Of a stretch of DNA of 64,000 nt, positions 48,040-61,345 are shown piece after piece. The position numbers and the translations under genes are program-made. Source of the DNA: Malacoraja senta (Eukaryota). A model generated the notes under the pieces. That model saw nothing but the letters and a program-made list of their open reading frames with translations, had not been told where the DNA came from and made no database searches. Every line of letters starts with the position of its first letter. The first letter of the stretch is position 1. The DNA lies in the NCBI GenBank assembly GCA_038087875.1, contig JAXLNO010001097.1, forward strand, positions 62,001 through 126,000, read 5' to 3'.

Positions 48040-50170
48040 TGTAAATAATGAACATAGAACATAGTACAATACAGCACAGGAGCAGGTCCTTCAGTCCTTC
48101 AGTCTGAAGAAGGGTCTCGACCCGAAACGTCACCCGTTCCTTTTCTCCAGAGATGCTGCCTGACCCGCTGTTACCTCAGCATTTTGTCTACCTTCGACCC
48201 ACAATGTCTGTGCCGAACAAACTAAACTAATCTCCTCTACCTGTATGTGATCTGTATCCGGCCATTCCCTGCCTATCTATGTACCTATCTAAAAGCCTCT
48301 GAAATGTAACTGTTATATCTGCCACCATCACCACAACCACCACTGGCAGCGCGTTACAGATGTCCACCACCCTCCACATAAAACAACTTGCTCCGCTCAT
48401 CTCCTTTGAACATTGCTTCTCCAACCTTAAAGTGATGTTCTCTGGTCTTCAACATTTCCACCCTGGGAAAAAGGTTCTGGCTGTCCACTCTGTCTGTGCC
48501 TCTCACCATGTTGTGCACTTTCATCAGGTCTCCCTTCAACCTCCAGTATACAAGAGAAAACAATCCATGTTTGTCCAATCTGTCCTTGCACTAATGCCTC
48601 AGACAGAATTCAGGTGATGTGCACTTTCAATAAAGAAGTGACTTCTGCATTAGTAGGTGTTCCACCTCTCCAAGATTTCCTCAGCTGGTGTTAGACACCC
48701 ACATGATGGTAAAATTCAGCCTGCATTAAATGACCAATCAATGTTGTGTTAATGTTGTTGCCATCTTGTTGTTTGTTGCATGCTTCCTGTCCTGCAGACC
48801 CTATCCATTACCCCATCACCACTTCCCCAGAAGACGATAATGAGATTTAAGAAGCTTGAGGATAGGCACGTGGATATGCAGGGAATTGAGGGATATGAAT
48901 CATCTACAAGCATGAAGAGTTTAGTTGAACTTGACATCATGTTCGGCACAGACATTGTGGCCGAACTCCAGCCCATTACACCCTTAATGAACAAAAATCT
49001 ATCAATCTCAATCTGGAAATTTTCAAGTGGGCAAGATGTTCAACAGATTACAGAATCGAGAACCAGAGGACATAGGTTTAAATTGAGGGGGGAAAGATTG
49101 AATGGGAATCTGATGAGCAATTTCTTCCCACACAATGGTACCTTTCTAACTATTCTGACATTCATCAAGGCTTGGAGATTACAAACCTACTCGTCCTGAA
49201 AGTTTCATCCCATTGTTATCAAATGAAAGTAAATATAATGGTGTTAAAGAAGGAACTGCAGATGCTGGAAAATCGAAGGTACACAAAAATGCTGGAGAAA
49301 CTCAGCGGGTGCAGCAGCATCTATGGAGCAAAGGAAATAGGCAACGTTTCGGGCCGAAACCATATAATGGTGATGGCCATGTTGAAATAATAACATATAA
49401 AACAAAAATCCTTGGCTGTGGAGTGTTTTGCGAAGCCACATGGATTTTATCGTTACTGTATTCCACTCTTAGCCGTCTTATGTTTCTCCTGGTACCACTG
49501 AAACAGACACTTCTAACTCTGCCCTCGGGGCCCCTTCTCACTTCACTTAAACACATGAACTTTGACACTGTCTGGTGTGCTGCATGTAATCTTTATCACA
49601 GAACAAATACTGCTTATGCATGTGGAAACAAGAAACTGCACATGCTGGTTAATACACATAAAATACTGGAGTAATTCAGCAGGTCAGGCAGTATGTCTGG
49701 AGAACATGGTTAGGTGATGTTTCAGTTGACACAAGTGTAGGAAGGAAGTGCAGATGTGTAAGAAGGAACTGCAGAAGCTGATTTAAACCGAAGATAGACA
49801 ATAAAGCTGGAGTAACTCAGCGGCACAGGCAGCATCCCTAGAGAGAAGGTATGGGTGACGTTTCGGGTCGAGACCCTTCTTCTGACTGCTGATGCAGATG
49901 CTGGTTTACACCGAAGATAGATACAAAAGGCTGGAGTAACTCAGCAAGTCAGGCAGCATCGCTGGAGAAAAGGAATAGGTGGAGTTTCAGGTCAAGACAC
50001 TGCATCAGACAGAGTCGGGGGTGCATATATTTCATTGTACTTTGTCATATCTCTCGGTTCTCTGTCCCCTGACTCTCATTCTGAAGAAGGGTCTCGACAC
50101 GAAACGTCACCTTTTCCTTTTCTCCGGAGATGCTGCCTGACCCACTGAGTTACTCCAGTATTTTGTGTCG
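48040..50170. mobile_element. Intron 1 repeat cluster: Penelope-derived fold-backs and CR1 fragments
   Basis: Hammerhead-like cores at 48104-48131, 49857-49884 (-) and 50081-50108. CR1 3' UTR remnants at ~48200-48590. Confidence 0.6.
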
Positions 50171-51234
50171 AGTTTCAATTTAGGCCCTGTTTATCTCAGT
50201 CTCCACCACCCCCCCCCCCCCCCATCCCTATGAGCTGTGTTGCAGCTGCCTATGAGGACCTGGACTCAATCCTGATCTCTTACAACCTGGCTTTTTTTTC
50301 CCCCTGCAAACGTGTGTTTGCTATGGTTATTCCAGTTTCCCCGCACGTCCCCAAAATGCCGGGCTGAAAGGTAAATTGGCCAGTGTGAATTGGTCATGCA
50401 TATGTATTAGAATTGGTGGAGGGGATGAGGGAGGTGTTAATGGGAGATTGGCAAATATTAAAAGGGTTAGCGTACCACAGGTATAAATAGGTGTTTGATG
50501 GTCACCACGAACTTGGTGGGCTAAAGGGCCTTTTATGTGCTGTACCCAGTGGACATAAGTTTAAGATGAGGGGGGAATGATTTAATAGGAACCTGAGGCA
50601 TAGCATTGTTACACAAAGGGTGGTGGGTGTACTGAATGAACTGCCGGAGAAGGTAGTTCAGGCGCGTACTATCACGACATTTAAGAATCATTTAATCAGG
50701 TACATGGATAGGATAGGCTTATAAGGATATGGGCCTCAGTCAGCTGTAGAGCCCACATCAATGGATATTTCTCAGGTGGAGATTAACAGATTCTTGATCA
50801 GTATGGGTTTCAAGGGTTATGGGGTGCAGGCAGGAGAATGTGGTTGATAGGGAGAGATAGCTCAGCCATGATTGAATGGCCGATGGGCTGAATGGCCTAA
50901 TTATTCTCCTAGAACTTATGTACTGATGAAATACAGGCAGTGTAGATGAGGCATGTTGGTTGGTGTGGCAAGTTGAGCCATAGGCCCTGATTCCCTGCTG
51001 TATGACTCTTTGACTTTACCTCTCTATGATTCTATAAAGTCTCCTTGACATTGTCCAGTTTCTTAATATAATAAAATATTCTTCAAATTTTGGAATATTG
51101 TAACTAGTAGAACCTATCGACATGATAGACAATAATAGATCTTTGAAGATGGGAAACAATCCAGTAGGATCATTCAATACCTCGACCATAATTGGTGGAG
51201 TAGGTATCAGAGCCCATCATGCCAACTCTTGAAG

Positions 51235-51545
51235 AAGGCTCAGTGGTGCAGCGGTAGACTTACTCGATTACAGCACCATAGACCCAGGTTGGATCCTGAT
51301 TACGGATGCTGTCTGTACGGAGTTTGTCCATTCTCCCCATTACCGTGTGGGTTTTTCCCGAGATGTTCGGATTCTTCCCACATTCCAAAGACGTATAGGT
51401 TTGTAGGTTAATTGGCTTGGTCTAGAATGTAAATTGTCCCTAGTGTGTGTAGGATAGTGTTATTGTGTGGGGGTTGCTGGTCAGTGTGGACTCGCACGAA
51501 GGGCCTGTTTCCATGCTGTATCTCTAAGCTAAAAACTAAACTAAA
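51235..51545 (+). mobile_element. V-SINE
   Basis: tRNA-like head, V domain and (CTAAA)n tail. Confidence 0.7.
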
Positions 51546-51735
51546 GGCTCCTGACCCAAATTGTCACCTGATCATTGATGCTGCCTGCCCCACTGAGTTC
51601 ATCCAGCACTTGCATCTGCAGGTCCTTGTGACTCCCTTATTCAAAGTTATTGTATTGTTATCAGTTTTAGCATTAATAACTTAGTTATTTTCAGTGAATG
51701 ATACAATCATACTTATTTTTGTTTATGCATTGCAG

Positions 51736-51996
51736 ATTTACACCATCTTGCATTTTACTACCTGTTGAACCATGGATTGAATGAGCTGCCTGAGTACAGT
51801 ATGGTAGCAATGCTGGATGACGTCCAGATAGCATATTTTGACAGCACACTAGAGCGGGCTGTTCCCAGACAGCGATGGATGGCCCAGTCTTTCCCGCAGG
51901 ATCACTGGGATTCAATGGCCATCACAGTTGCAGGTTTTCATGGGATTGTCAGAGGAAATGCTGAGATAGTCTACCAACAGCAACATGGTATCTCGA
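51736..51996 (+). CDS. MHC class I-like exon 2, alpha1 domain
   Basis: DLHHLAFYYLLNHGLNELPEYSMVAMLDDVQIAYFDSTLERAVPRQRWMAQSFPQDHWDSMAITVAGFHGIVRGNAEIVYQQQHGIS. Acceptor TTGCAG, donor GTAAGT. Confidence 0.92.
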
Positions 51997-53740
51997 GTAA
52001 GTGTCGTGAGCGGACCTGGGGTAGAGACCCAGTGATGACACAGATGGATTTTGTTTTAGTTTTATTGTTGACACATGATTCTCTGATACACTTTTTTTGC
52101 GTTAGTCAATCACATCAAAGAAAACTATTCATAAATACAATCAAACCAAACTCGTACAATAGGTAGAGCAAAGAGTGCAGAATGTAGTTCTCAGCATTGT
52201 AATGTACCAGTGCCAGAGACAAAGTCCAGTGTCTACAATGGGGTTGAGGTGAACCCTAGCATAAGGGAGGACTGTTCAGAAACCTGATAACATAGGGGAG
52301 GAAACAGTTACTGAGTCTGGTGGTGCACGCTTTAATGCTTACGTACCTTCTGCAGGAAGAAGGAGTGACCAGAACGGGATGAATCTTTGATTATGTTGTC
52401 TGCTTTCCTGAACCAGTTGAAATACAGATGGATTCACTGGTGGGGAATCATGTTTGTGTGATCGACTGTGCTACATCTCCACCTCTCTGCCATTTCCAGC
52501 GGTCTTGGGCAGAACTCTTTCCAAACTAAGTTGTGATGCAACCTGTCAGTATGCTTTCTATGGCACATTTGTAGAAGTTTGTAAGAGTCATTGGAGATGC
52601 CGCATTTCCTTAGTCTCCTGAGGCAGTAGGGGAACCAGAAACTCTCAACCTTTTTCACTTCAGCACCATTGATGCTGTTTCAGACATTTACTCCATCACA
52701 TTTTGATAGAGACACGGCCCATCGTCTATATTTAATGTGTCCTAACTGCTGAACACACAGTCATAACAGTTGGCTGGTGATAGTCTCTTTATGGGTTAAG
52801 CATTTGATATTCAACACCAGTAATAAGTGGATGGATTGGATCATCTGTTTTGTTGGGCTGGAATGAGGGAGAAACCATTAGTTTATTTATAGCCTGATCA
52901 TCTAGAGATGGGATCTTGATTTAAGCTGGTTGATGGTGACTATGAGGTATTCCCTCAGTAATAATATTGTGTTAATCCAGCATCCCCTCAATATTGGCAA
53001 CAATCCTCAGAGGGTGTAGCAATCCCACACAGTGCAACAGCCTTGATGTACTTCCCATCTGCATTGCCTTAACCTTCAGACTGACCTGTTGGCTCTGTAG
53101 CATTGCCCATCTGACAATGCACTTCTTCCTCTGTTCGTTATGTACGACAGTGCAGAATCTGAGTTCCACCCTTCTGACACAGCAGAACTCCTTTAGTGTT
53201 ACATCCGCAACAGTAAAGCTCCCCCCCATAACACTTGAGGTTAGTCCATGCCCTCAGTATATAGACCATGGGTCATTGAGTTACACATCATGGAAACCGG
53301 CCCTTCTGCTCACTGAATCCACATTGATCATCCATTGTGCTAAGATGGAGTCACAGCAAACTGCAGATGCTGCCAATCTGAATTTAAAACAAACAGGAGG
53401 AACTCAACGAGTCAGGCAGCATGCTGTGGAAAAATGGACAGAAAACATATGAGACCAGGACCATTTAGAGTGATGGGGTAGAGTGGAGAAAGCTGGAAAA
53501 GAAAAGTAGTCTGTGTACGATAGTGTTAATATGCGGGGACCACTGGTCGGTGCGGACTCGGTGGGCCGAAGGGCCTGTTTCCGCGCTGTATCTCTGAGCT
53601 AAACCTGCTCCTGTGCTGTACAGCTCCATGTTGTGTTCTGTTATGCCTGTTTGTACCATGCTGAGAACTGATTTGTAAATTGCCTCTCCCTTCCATCCAC
53701 TCTCCCCAACACAAATCCTCCACCCCTACCTCAGCCCCAG

Positions 53741-54016
53741 CTGTTTGCTTTGTGCAGGGTTTCTGCGGCTGTGAAGTGGACAGTGACAATTCCACTGATG
53801 GGTTTGTCAGACTGGGTTATGATGGGGAGGATGCCTGTGCTTTTGACAAGGACAGAATGCGCTGGATTGCACTACGTCCAGATTTCCAGATGCTAGCAGA
53901 TCGGTGGAACGTCAACACCTTCATGAACAAGTATTTTAAAGATCTCCTGGAGAAGGACTGTGTGAAGTGGCTGCGGATATATCTGGAGTGTGGACAAGAA
54001 GCACTACAGAGGAGAG
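53741..54016 (+). CDS. MHC class I-like exon 3, alpha2 domain
   Basis: TVCFVQGFCGCEV...GYDGED...RW...RW...DCVKWLRIYLECGQEALQRR. 276 nt, canonical C101-C164 pair, acceptor CCCCAG, donor GTACAC. Confidence 0.92.
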
Positions 54017-54114
54017 GTACACGACGTAGGCACTCTGACTGATGGGCCAGAGGATATCCTCTGGATAGATCAGGTGGGAAATATCATGCACTTCAGGCTG
54101 TCACTTGAGTAATT

Positions 54115-54408
54115 ATTTAGTTTAGTTTAGAGATACAGCGCGGAAACCCACCGAGACCGCACCGAGCAGCCATGCCCGCACACTAACACTATCCTACACA
54201 CACTAGGGACAATTTGCATTTATACCAATCCAATTAACCTACAAATTTGTACGTCTTTCGAGTGTGAGGGGAAACCGAAGATCTCGGATAAAACCCACGC
54301 AGGTCACAGGGAGAACGTACAAACTGTGTAAAGACAAGCACCCGTAGTTAGTAACAAACCCAGGTCTCTGGCGCTGTAAGGCAGTAGCTCGACCGCTTCG
54401 CCACCCTG
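54115..54408 (-). mobile_element. V-SINE
   Basis: Same family, with the tail (TTTAG)n on + at 54115-54130. Confidence 0.75.
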
Positions 54409-55220
54409 TTCTACAACGTGGGTATCAGTAAATTGTCTGGCAACGTGCCTCTTAGATGGAACCAGTGGGTAGGAAGTGCAAGTGAAAGATAAATATTGTA
54501 CCAGTGTCCTTTATCCACAGTCATATAGATATTCAGGAAATGGAGGAATATGTATCTTGGTCTTATGTTTAGCACCGACCTTGTGGCCTGAAGGGTCTGT
54601 TGCTGAACTGATCAGAAACCCAATCAGATTCTCTATTTGCCTCTATTACTCCTTGGGATGGTGACATTCAATTTCCAACAGTTCTCTATTTGAAGAACTT
54701 CTTCCTCCCATTCCCTCTTGGAATATTTAGTGTTATTATTCAGCAGAGATTCATGAACAGGTAGAAGCAATCATGTCTACAGTATCAATCCCAATGGTGA
54801 GTTATACTCCTCCATTGGGCCTGCATTCCCCTTTCATCTGTGCTGTCAGTTAAAGTCTGGAGCTAAGATAAGGAGCATGTCAGTGATATTAAAGCTAAAT
54901 GTTTTGTTGTTTTGCCAGAAATGCAAAATGAAAAGAGAAAAGGCTGTAAACTTTGTGCAAGATAGAACTGCAGATGATGGTTTACACTGAAGATAGAAGA
55001 TGTTGGTGTAACTCAGTGGGTCAGATAGCATCTCTGGGCATTCCTTCTCTCCAGAATGCTGCCTGACCTGCTGAGTTATTCCAGCATTTTGGGTCTAGGC
55101 TGAAAACTTAGTTCAGCCAGAGAAAAAACTCTGATTGGGAAAGTGGTGAGTTGCAGTGATCTTACAATTGAAGGCTTTTGTTCATGTCTTCACTGATTCT
55201 GACTCTTCTTACACTTGCAG

Positions 55221-55493
55221 AAACCCCTGAGGTGTTTATTGGGATTAAACGTGATGGGTCGCAATCACTGAGACTCTCCTGCCTTGTCACAGGCTTCTAG
55301 CCACGGGCCATCGATGTAACGTGGCTGAGAGATGGTGAGGGGGTCCATGAGTCTGAATCCAGTGATCTGTTGCCCAATTGGGATGGGACTTACCAGCTGA
55401 AGAATACAATTCAACTGAATAGAGAAGATGTGGCAAAATTCTCCTGTTACATCGAACATGCAACTCTGCTGCAGGGAGTCAATGTTCCACAGG
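55221..55493 (+). CDS. MHC class I-like exon 4, alpha3 Ig-C1 domain, with in-frame TAG at 55298-55300
   Basis: ETPEVFIGIKRDGSQSLRLSCLVTGF*PRAIDVTWLRDGE...LLPNWDGTYQL...FSCYIEHATL. Acceptor TTGCAG, donor GTAAGT. Absent from the ORF track. Confidence 0.93.
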
Positions 55494-55594
55494 GTAAGTG
55501 GCAAGTCAATGAGGCTGATCACTTGAGACCATAAACCTCCTGGACTGAGATAACAGTCTCAACTCACACTCTTAACTAAGCTGTGGATTTAGAC

Positions 55595-56222
55595 TTTAGG
55601 CTTTAGAGATATGCTGCAGATACAGGCCCCTCAGCTCACTGAGTCCTCGCTGAATAGTGATCAACCCATACATTTACACTAACCTACACAGTACGGACAA
55701 TTTACAATTTTACCTAAGCCAAGTAACCTACAAACCTGTATGTCTTTGTAGTGTGGGAGGAAACCCACGCAGTCACAGGGAGAACATACAATGTCCTTGC
55801 AGACAGCACCTGTAGTCAGGATCAAACCCAGGTCTCTGGTGCAGTAAGGCAGCAGCTCTACCGCTACGCCACTGTGCCACCCATTATTAATTTGTGGTTA
55901 TCTAATTGCTCATAATTATTGATAGTCAATGGAATGTGGTTTTAGTTTAAGAGATACAGCGCAGAAACCGGCCCTTCAGCCCACCAAGTCTGCGTCAACC
56001 AGCGATCCCTGCACACTTACATTATCTTACTTATTAGGGGACAATTTACAATTATACCAAGCCAATTAACCTACAAACCTGTATGTCTTTGGACTGAGTG
56101 AGGAAACCGGAGATCCAGGCAAAACCCACGCAAGTCCCGGGGAGAAGGTACAAAACTCTGTACAGACGGGACCCGTAGTCAGAATTGAACCGGGTCTCTG
56201 GCGCTGTAAGGCAGCAGTTCCA
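55595..56222 (-). mobile_element. Two tandem V-SINEs
   Basis: Copies at ~55595-55882 and ~55940-56222. Confidence 0.7.
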
Positions 56223-56687
56223 CCGAGTGGGCAAAGCAGAGCCAAATGGAATACAGTGTAGCAAGTGTCTGGTTTTACATTTTGGCAGTCAGAATAAAGA
56301 CATAGACTATTTTCTAAATGGGGAGAGAATTGAGAAACCTGAGCTACAAAGTGGGAGTACTAGTGCAGGATTCCCAAATAGTTCATTTGCAGATTGAGTC
56401 AGTGGTAAGTAAGGCAAATGCAATGCCAGCATTCATTTCGGGGGGCGTAGAATATAAAAACAATGATATAATGCTGAGGATTTATCGGGCACTGGTGAAG
56501 ACACATTTGGAATATTGTGAGCAGTTTTGGGCTCCATATTAGAAAGGATGTGCTGGCTTTGGAGAGGGTCGAGAGGATGTATGTCCTGGGGATGATTGAT
56601 TTAACGTATGAGGAGTGTTTGAAGTCTCTGTGCCTGTGCTCATGGGATTTAGAAGGATGAGGTGGGAATCTCATTGAAACCTACCAG

Positions 56688-59600
56688 CAGGGCCGGATTT
56701 AGATGAAGAGAGGCCCTAAGCTGTTCCACTTGTGAGGCCCCCCCCCCAATCCCCCACCCCCACGACCAGAGGAAGATGGTCCACCATATTGACACCGATT
56801 TGCAGCCGAGCGTGGCCAATGAGATAAGGGGCTGGAAAGCTGGGCTTTATTTATTTATTTATTGCCACTGCTAGTGTCGAGTTATTGGCTTAAAACACTA
56901 TTATTCTGAAATGGAGGGCAAGGAAAATTACTGAAGTGTTGTTTAGAGACTACAGTGCGTTGTGACAGCATATGTAAGAAAGGCCTATGACAGTGTCAAA
57001 AATATTATACACCTTGCAGGGCTCTCACTTAATTTTTTTTCTCTGTTGTCAGCCGGGCAACCTTGGTAGCTTTTTAAGTTGCCAAATGACAGTTTAGGTG
57101 GTTATTTAAGATGGCTTGCATGACACGTGCGATAATGTGCTCGGACGACCAGTCAGAATTATGCTCAATGAAGCATTCACATATTATTTCTGCTTCAAAT
57201 AAAGCCACAAACTAAACATATTCACCAATCAGGACATGATATATACCACAATGACATGCAGCACAATTATAATACTGTATCTTAACTCTTTTTACACGTT
57301 GCAATGAATGCAATTTCTATTATTTCTTTCCACTTCCAAAAAAAAATGTGGTTGGATTATTCAGCGTATGATCAACCTCGGTGAGACCAAGTGCAGGCTT
57401 GGCGATTGCTTCGCACAACACCTCCACTCAGTTCGCAATAACCAACCTGATCTCCCGGTGGCTCAGCACTTCAACTCCCCCTCCCATTCCGAATCTGACC
57501 TTTCTGTCCTGGGCCTCCTCCATGGCCAGAGTGAGGCCCACCGCATATTGGAGGGGCAGCACCTCATATTTGCTTGGGTAGTTTACACCCCAGCGCTATG
57601 CACATAGGCTTCTCTAATTTCAGGTAGTCCTTGCTTTCTCCCTCCTTCCCCTCCCATTCCCAGCTCTCCCACAGCCTACTGTCTCCGTCTCTTCCTTTAT
57701 TTTTCATGTCATTCCCCCCCCCCCCGACATCAATCTGAAGAAGGGTCTCGACCCGAAACATCGTCTATTCCTTCGCTCCACAGGTGCTGCCTCACCCGCT
57801 GATTTTCTACAGCTTTTTTGTCTACCAATGGGATCCCACAACTGGCCACATCTTCCCATCTCCTCCCCTGTTGGCTTTCCATAGAGACCGCTCCCTCCGT
57901 AACTCCCTGGTCAATTCGTCCATTCCCACCCAAACCACCCCCTCTCCTGGCACTTTCCATTGCAACTGCAGGAAATGCTACACTTGGCGTTTTAATTAAG
58001 TTCAAGACAATGGGGCTGTACATTGGCCATAAGGTTGCTGCCTAAAAGTGCCAGAGACCTGGAATTGATCCTGAATATGGGTGTTGTCTGTTTGGAGTTT
58101 GCTCCTTTTCACTTTGATCGCATGGGTTTTCTTCGGGTGCTCTTGTTTCCTTCCACATTCCAAAGGTGTGCAGGAACCTATTTCAGAACCAACCCTAAAC
58201 GTAATATTTCCCTTTTGTCCAGAGATTCTGTCTGACCTGTTGAGTTACTCCAGCTTTGTGTGTCTATCTTCAGTTTAAACCAGCATCTGCAGTTCCTTCC
58301 TACACACACGATACTATACGATAGAACTTTATTAATCCCAGGAGGGAAATTGTGTGTGTGTGCGTGTGGGTATATATACTATGCACACACACACACACAC
58401 ATATATATATACAATACAATTACAATACAATTTTATTTGTCTTTTGGACAAATTTGTCATTTGGACCCCGTTGAGGTCCAAACGAAATGTCGTTTCTGCA
58501 GCCATACATTACAAAACGAAGAAGACCCAAGACACAACACAATTTACACATACATCCATCACAGCGCTGTGATGGAAGGCAAAAAAACGTATCTCTCCAC
58601 TGCACTCCCCCCCCCCACCCCCCCGATGTCAGAGTCAAAGTCAAAGCCCCCGGCGGGCGATGGTGATTATCCCGCGGCCATTAAAGCCACGCCGGTTAAT
58701 GCAGGGTCGCGCACCGCGTCTTGGTGTTAGAGCCCCGGCGCGCGCTCGCAAAGTCCAGCGGCCATTCCAAGCCGCGCGGGGCGGTGATGTAAAGCCCCCC
58801 TCCAGGTGCTCTTCAACCCCGCAACTCGGGCGGGAGAAGTCGCCGCTGCGGATGCCCCGAAAAGCGGTGTCCCACCAGGGGACCCACGGGCTTCCGGTGT
58901 TGCCGTCCGCCAGACCCGCGGTTGTAGCCTCCGAATCTCCGGGGGTCGGGTAGCAGCAGCGATTGTCTCCACCACAGCTATAAATATACACCGTTTTGTT
59001 TTCTCGTTTATAACATTGTTTACAGAGTACTATGTTTACATATTCTGTTGTGCTGCTGCAAGTAAGGATTTCATTGTTCTAACTGGGACGTGAGAGAATA
59101 AACTCTTGACTCTTGACTTACTTCGCTAATGTGTGGGAAAGAACTAGTGTACGGGTGATCAATAGTCGGCGTGGACTCGGAGGGCTGAAGGGCCTGTTTC
59201 CACGCTGTATCTTCAAATTAAGCTAAAGACACTAAAACCAGAGGGAGTCTAAAGAAGTGTTTCTACCCGAAACGTCACCCAATTTCTTCTATCCTGAGTT
59301 GCTGGCTGCTCCATGGAGTTCCCCCGCACAATTAAAGCATGGAATAGTCTTCACCCTACCATAGTTACCCAACCAGACGCAACTAAATTTAAGGTACCTC
59401 TTTTTTCCCCAAGAACCCTTTTTTGCTTAAGTCCAAGTCAAGAGTCAAGAGAGTTTTATTGTCATGTGTCCCAGATAGGACAATGAAATTCTTGCTTGCT
59501 GCAGCACAACATAATATGTGAACATAATACAGAACAGGAGATAAAAGTTCAGTGTGTTTATATACCATAGACCATATATATACACAATAAATAAACAGAT

Positions 59601-60203
59601 AAAATGCAATAGGCTGTTATTGTTCAGCCCTCTACCACCTCCAGTTTAAATTCCTTTTAGAATATTTATGGAGGATCAGGAAACCAGAAGCGAGAGTTAC
59701 TCCAGGGAGATACTCCTGATCCAGGGTCAGGGAGTGATTCTGTGTTAGTTTTCAGCGGTTGCGGCGAGGCAGCAATGGCGGCCAAATCTCCCACAATTCA
59801 AAGCGAGGGAGAAAGTGCCCAGCGCCGACCAGTTGCCGTGGCAGTGCGCATGCGCAGGGCGGCCGATGACGTGCGGGCTGTGGTTGTGCGCATGTGCAGG
59901 GGAGGACGTGCTGGCCGCAGCAGTGTGCATGTGCAAGGCGGCCGGCCGTGCTGGCGGATGAGGAGCGAGCGGAGAACGGAGACCCGGACACGGAGAGTGA
60001 CAGACGGAGATAGAGATAGAGAGGGGGGCCGCCCCGCCCAGAGTTGAACGGCTGGTGTCCTGCCTTGGCCGGAGGCCCCCTATATTTCAGGGCCCCAGGC
60101 TTCAGCCTATGAAGCCTAGTGGTAAATCCGGCTCTGCGAGCCCCTCCTAGATCTCCAGGCCCTAAACTGAAGCTTGTCCATCTTATATGTAACTCCGGCC
60201 CTG
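56688..60203. mobile_element. Non-autonomous hAT-type composite element with cargo repeats
   Basis: 10-bp TIR CAGGGCCGGA and 8-bp TSD CCTACCAG (56680-56687, 60204-60211). No transposase seen. Confidence 0.85.
57364..57985 (+). mobile_element. Neptune-type Penelope-like remnant (GIY-YIG C-half, 3' UTR, hammerhead-like core, Cys-rich linker)
   Basis: LGETKCRLGDCFAQHLHSVRNNQPDLPVAQHFNSPSH..., then the core at 57735-57762, then RDRSLRNSLV...GTFHCNCRKCYT. Confidence 0.75.
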
Positions 60204-61345
60204 CCTACCAGATAATGAAATGCCTGGTTAGTTGATGGGAAAGGAAGTTTTCAGTAATGGGAGAGTCTAGCACAGCCTCACAATAAAAATACCTACCTTC
60301 AATATGGAGATGAGGAGGAATCTCTTTAGTCACAGGGTGGTGAATCTGTGGAATTCATTGATACAAACAGCTGTGTGGGTCAAGTCATTGCATATTTTTC
60401 AAGCAGAGATTGATAGGTTCTTGATGAGTACGGGTGACAAAGGTTACAGGGAGAAGGCTAGAGAATGGGATTTAGCGGTAAAAAATAGATCTGCTATGAC
60501 TGAATGGTGGAGTAGACTCAATGGACTTGAAAGGCATAATTCCGCTCCAATATCTTATGGTCAAAATTATTCTTATGTCACCCTTAACTCACCCATCCAA
60601 ATGTAGGAACAGTGGAAGCAAGATAGGCTGATCCTGGACAAGGTCTCTTATCTTCTTCCTTGGGCATCTAGCTAATTTTCTGATAGTAGCTAGTTACACA
60701 AAAGACCAATAGTGGTGCCATATTATCAGGCTGAAGTAGCAGCACCTGTTCTGTAGCTGACTTATTTGTTCCAGACAAGACCTCTGCAAAGATCTTCACA
60801 CCAGGGCCAAGCTGACATGGTTAAGATTGCTGGTCAGTACAAATAGACAGTAGTGTTAATGTCTGTGTGTGCCTATGTGTGTGTGTGTGGGCTCATGTGT
60901 GTGAGACAGTGAGGGGGAGAGAGAGAGAAAGAGAGAGCATGTGTATGTGAGAAAATTAAACTCAGATATCATTGAAATATCAGCAAAGATTAAAACCTTT
61001 GAAGTTTTATCAACTATAAATGGGTTCACTTTTATTTGCTATAATAACAATCAACATAAGAAAATGGCCTTGTTGACCTCTACACTGTAAATAGTCATAT
61101 ATTTCTGACGTACTTGATTCTTTAAATTCTTAATTAAATGCTGCTGATAAAATCTCAATACCTCAATGCTAATATGAACTTAATGATTTTTCATTGATCA
61201 TTTTAAGCACATCCATCCTCTGTATAAATACTTAAATCTAAAACGTTATTACTTTTTAATTAGATATGAACAGTGCTACTTTAATTTAGATAATAAAATC
61301 ATTACAATGTTGTTATTGATCACTAAATGTTTAAAATGCACTATA

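Larger units (their letters stand above)
56222..60530 (+). mobile_element. CR1 3' portion interrupted by the hAT-type element
   Basis: CR1-like reading continues across the CCTACCAG duplication (GAAACCTACCAG|ATAATGAAATGCCTGG). Confidence 0.65.

Noticed and set aside
53680-53740. N-terminus of track ORF 53680..54042, and an alternative acceptor at 53757
   Set aside because: The N-terminus is intronic read-through. The 53757 AG would be phase 0 and incompatible with the alpha1 exon.
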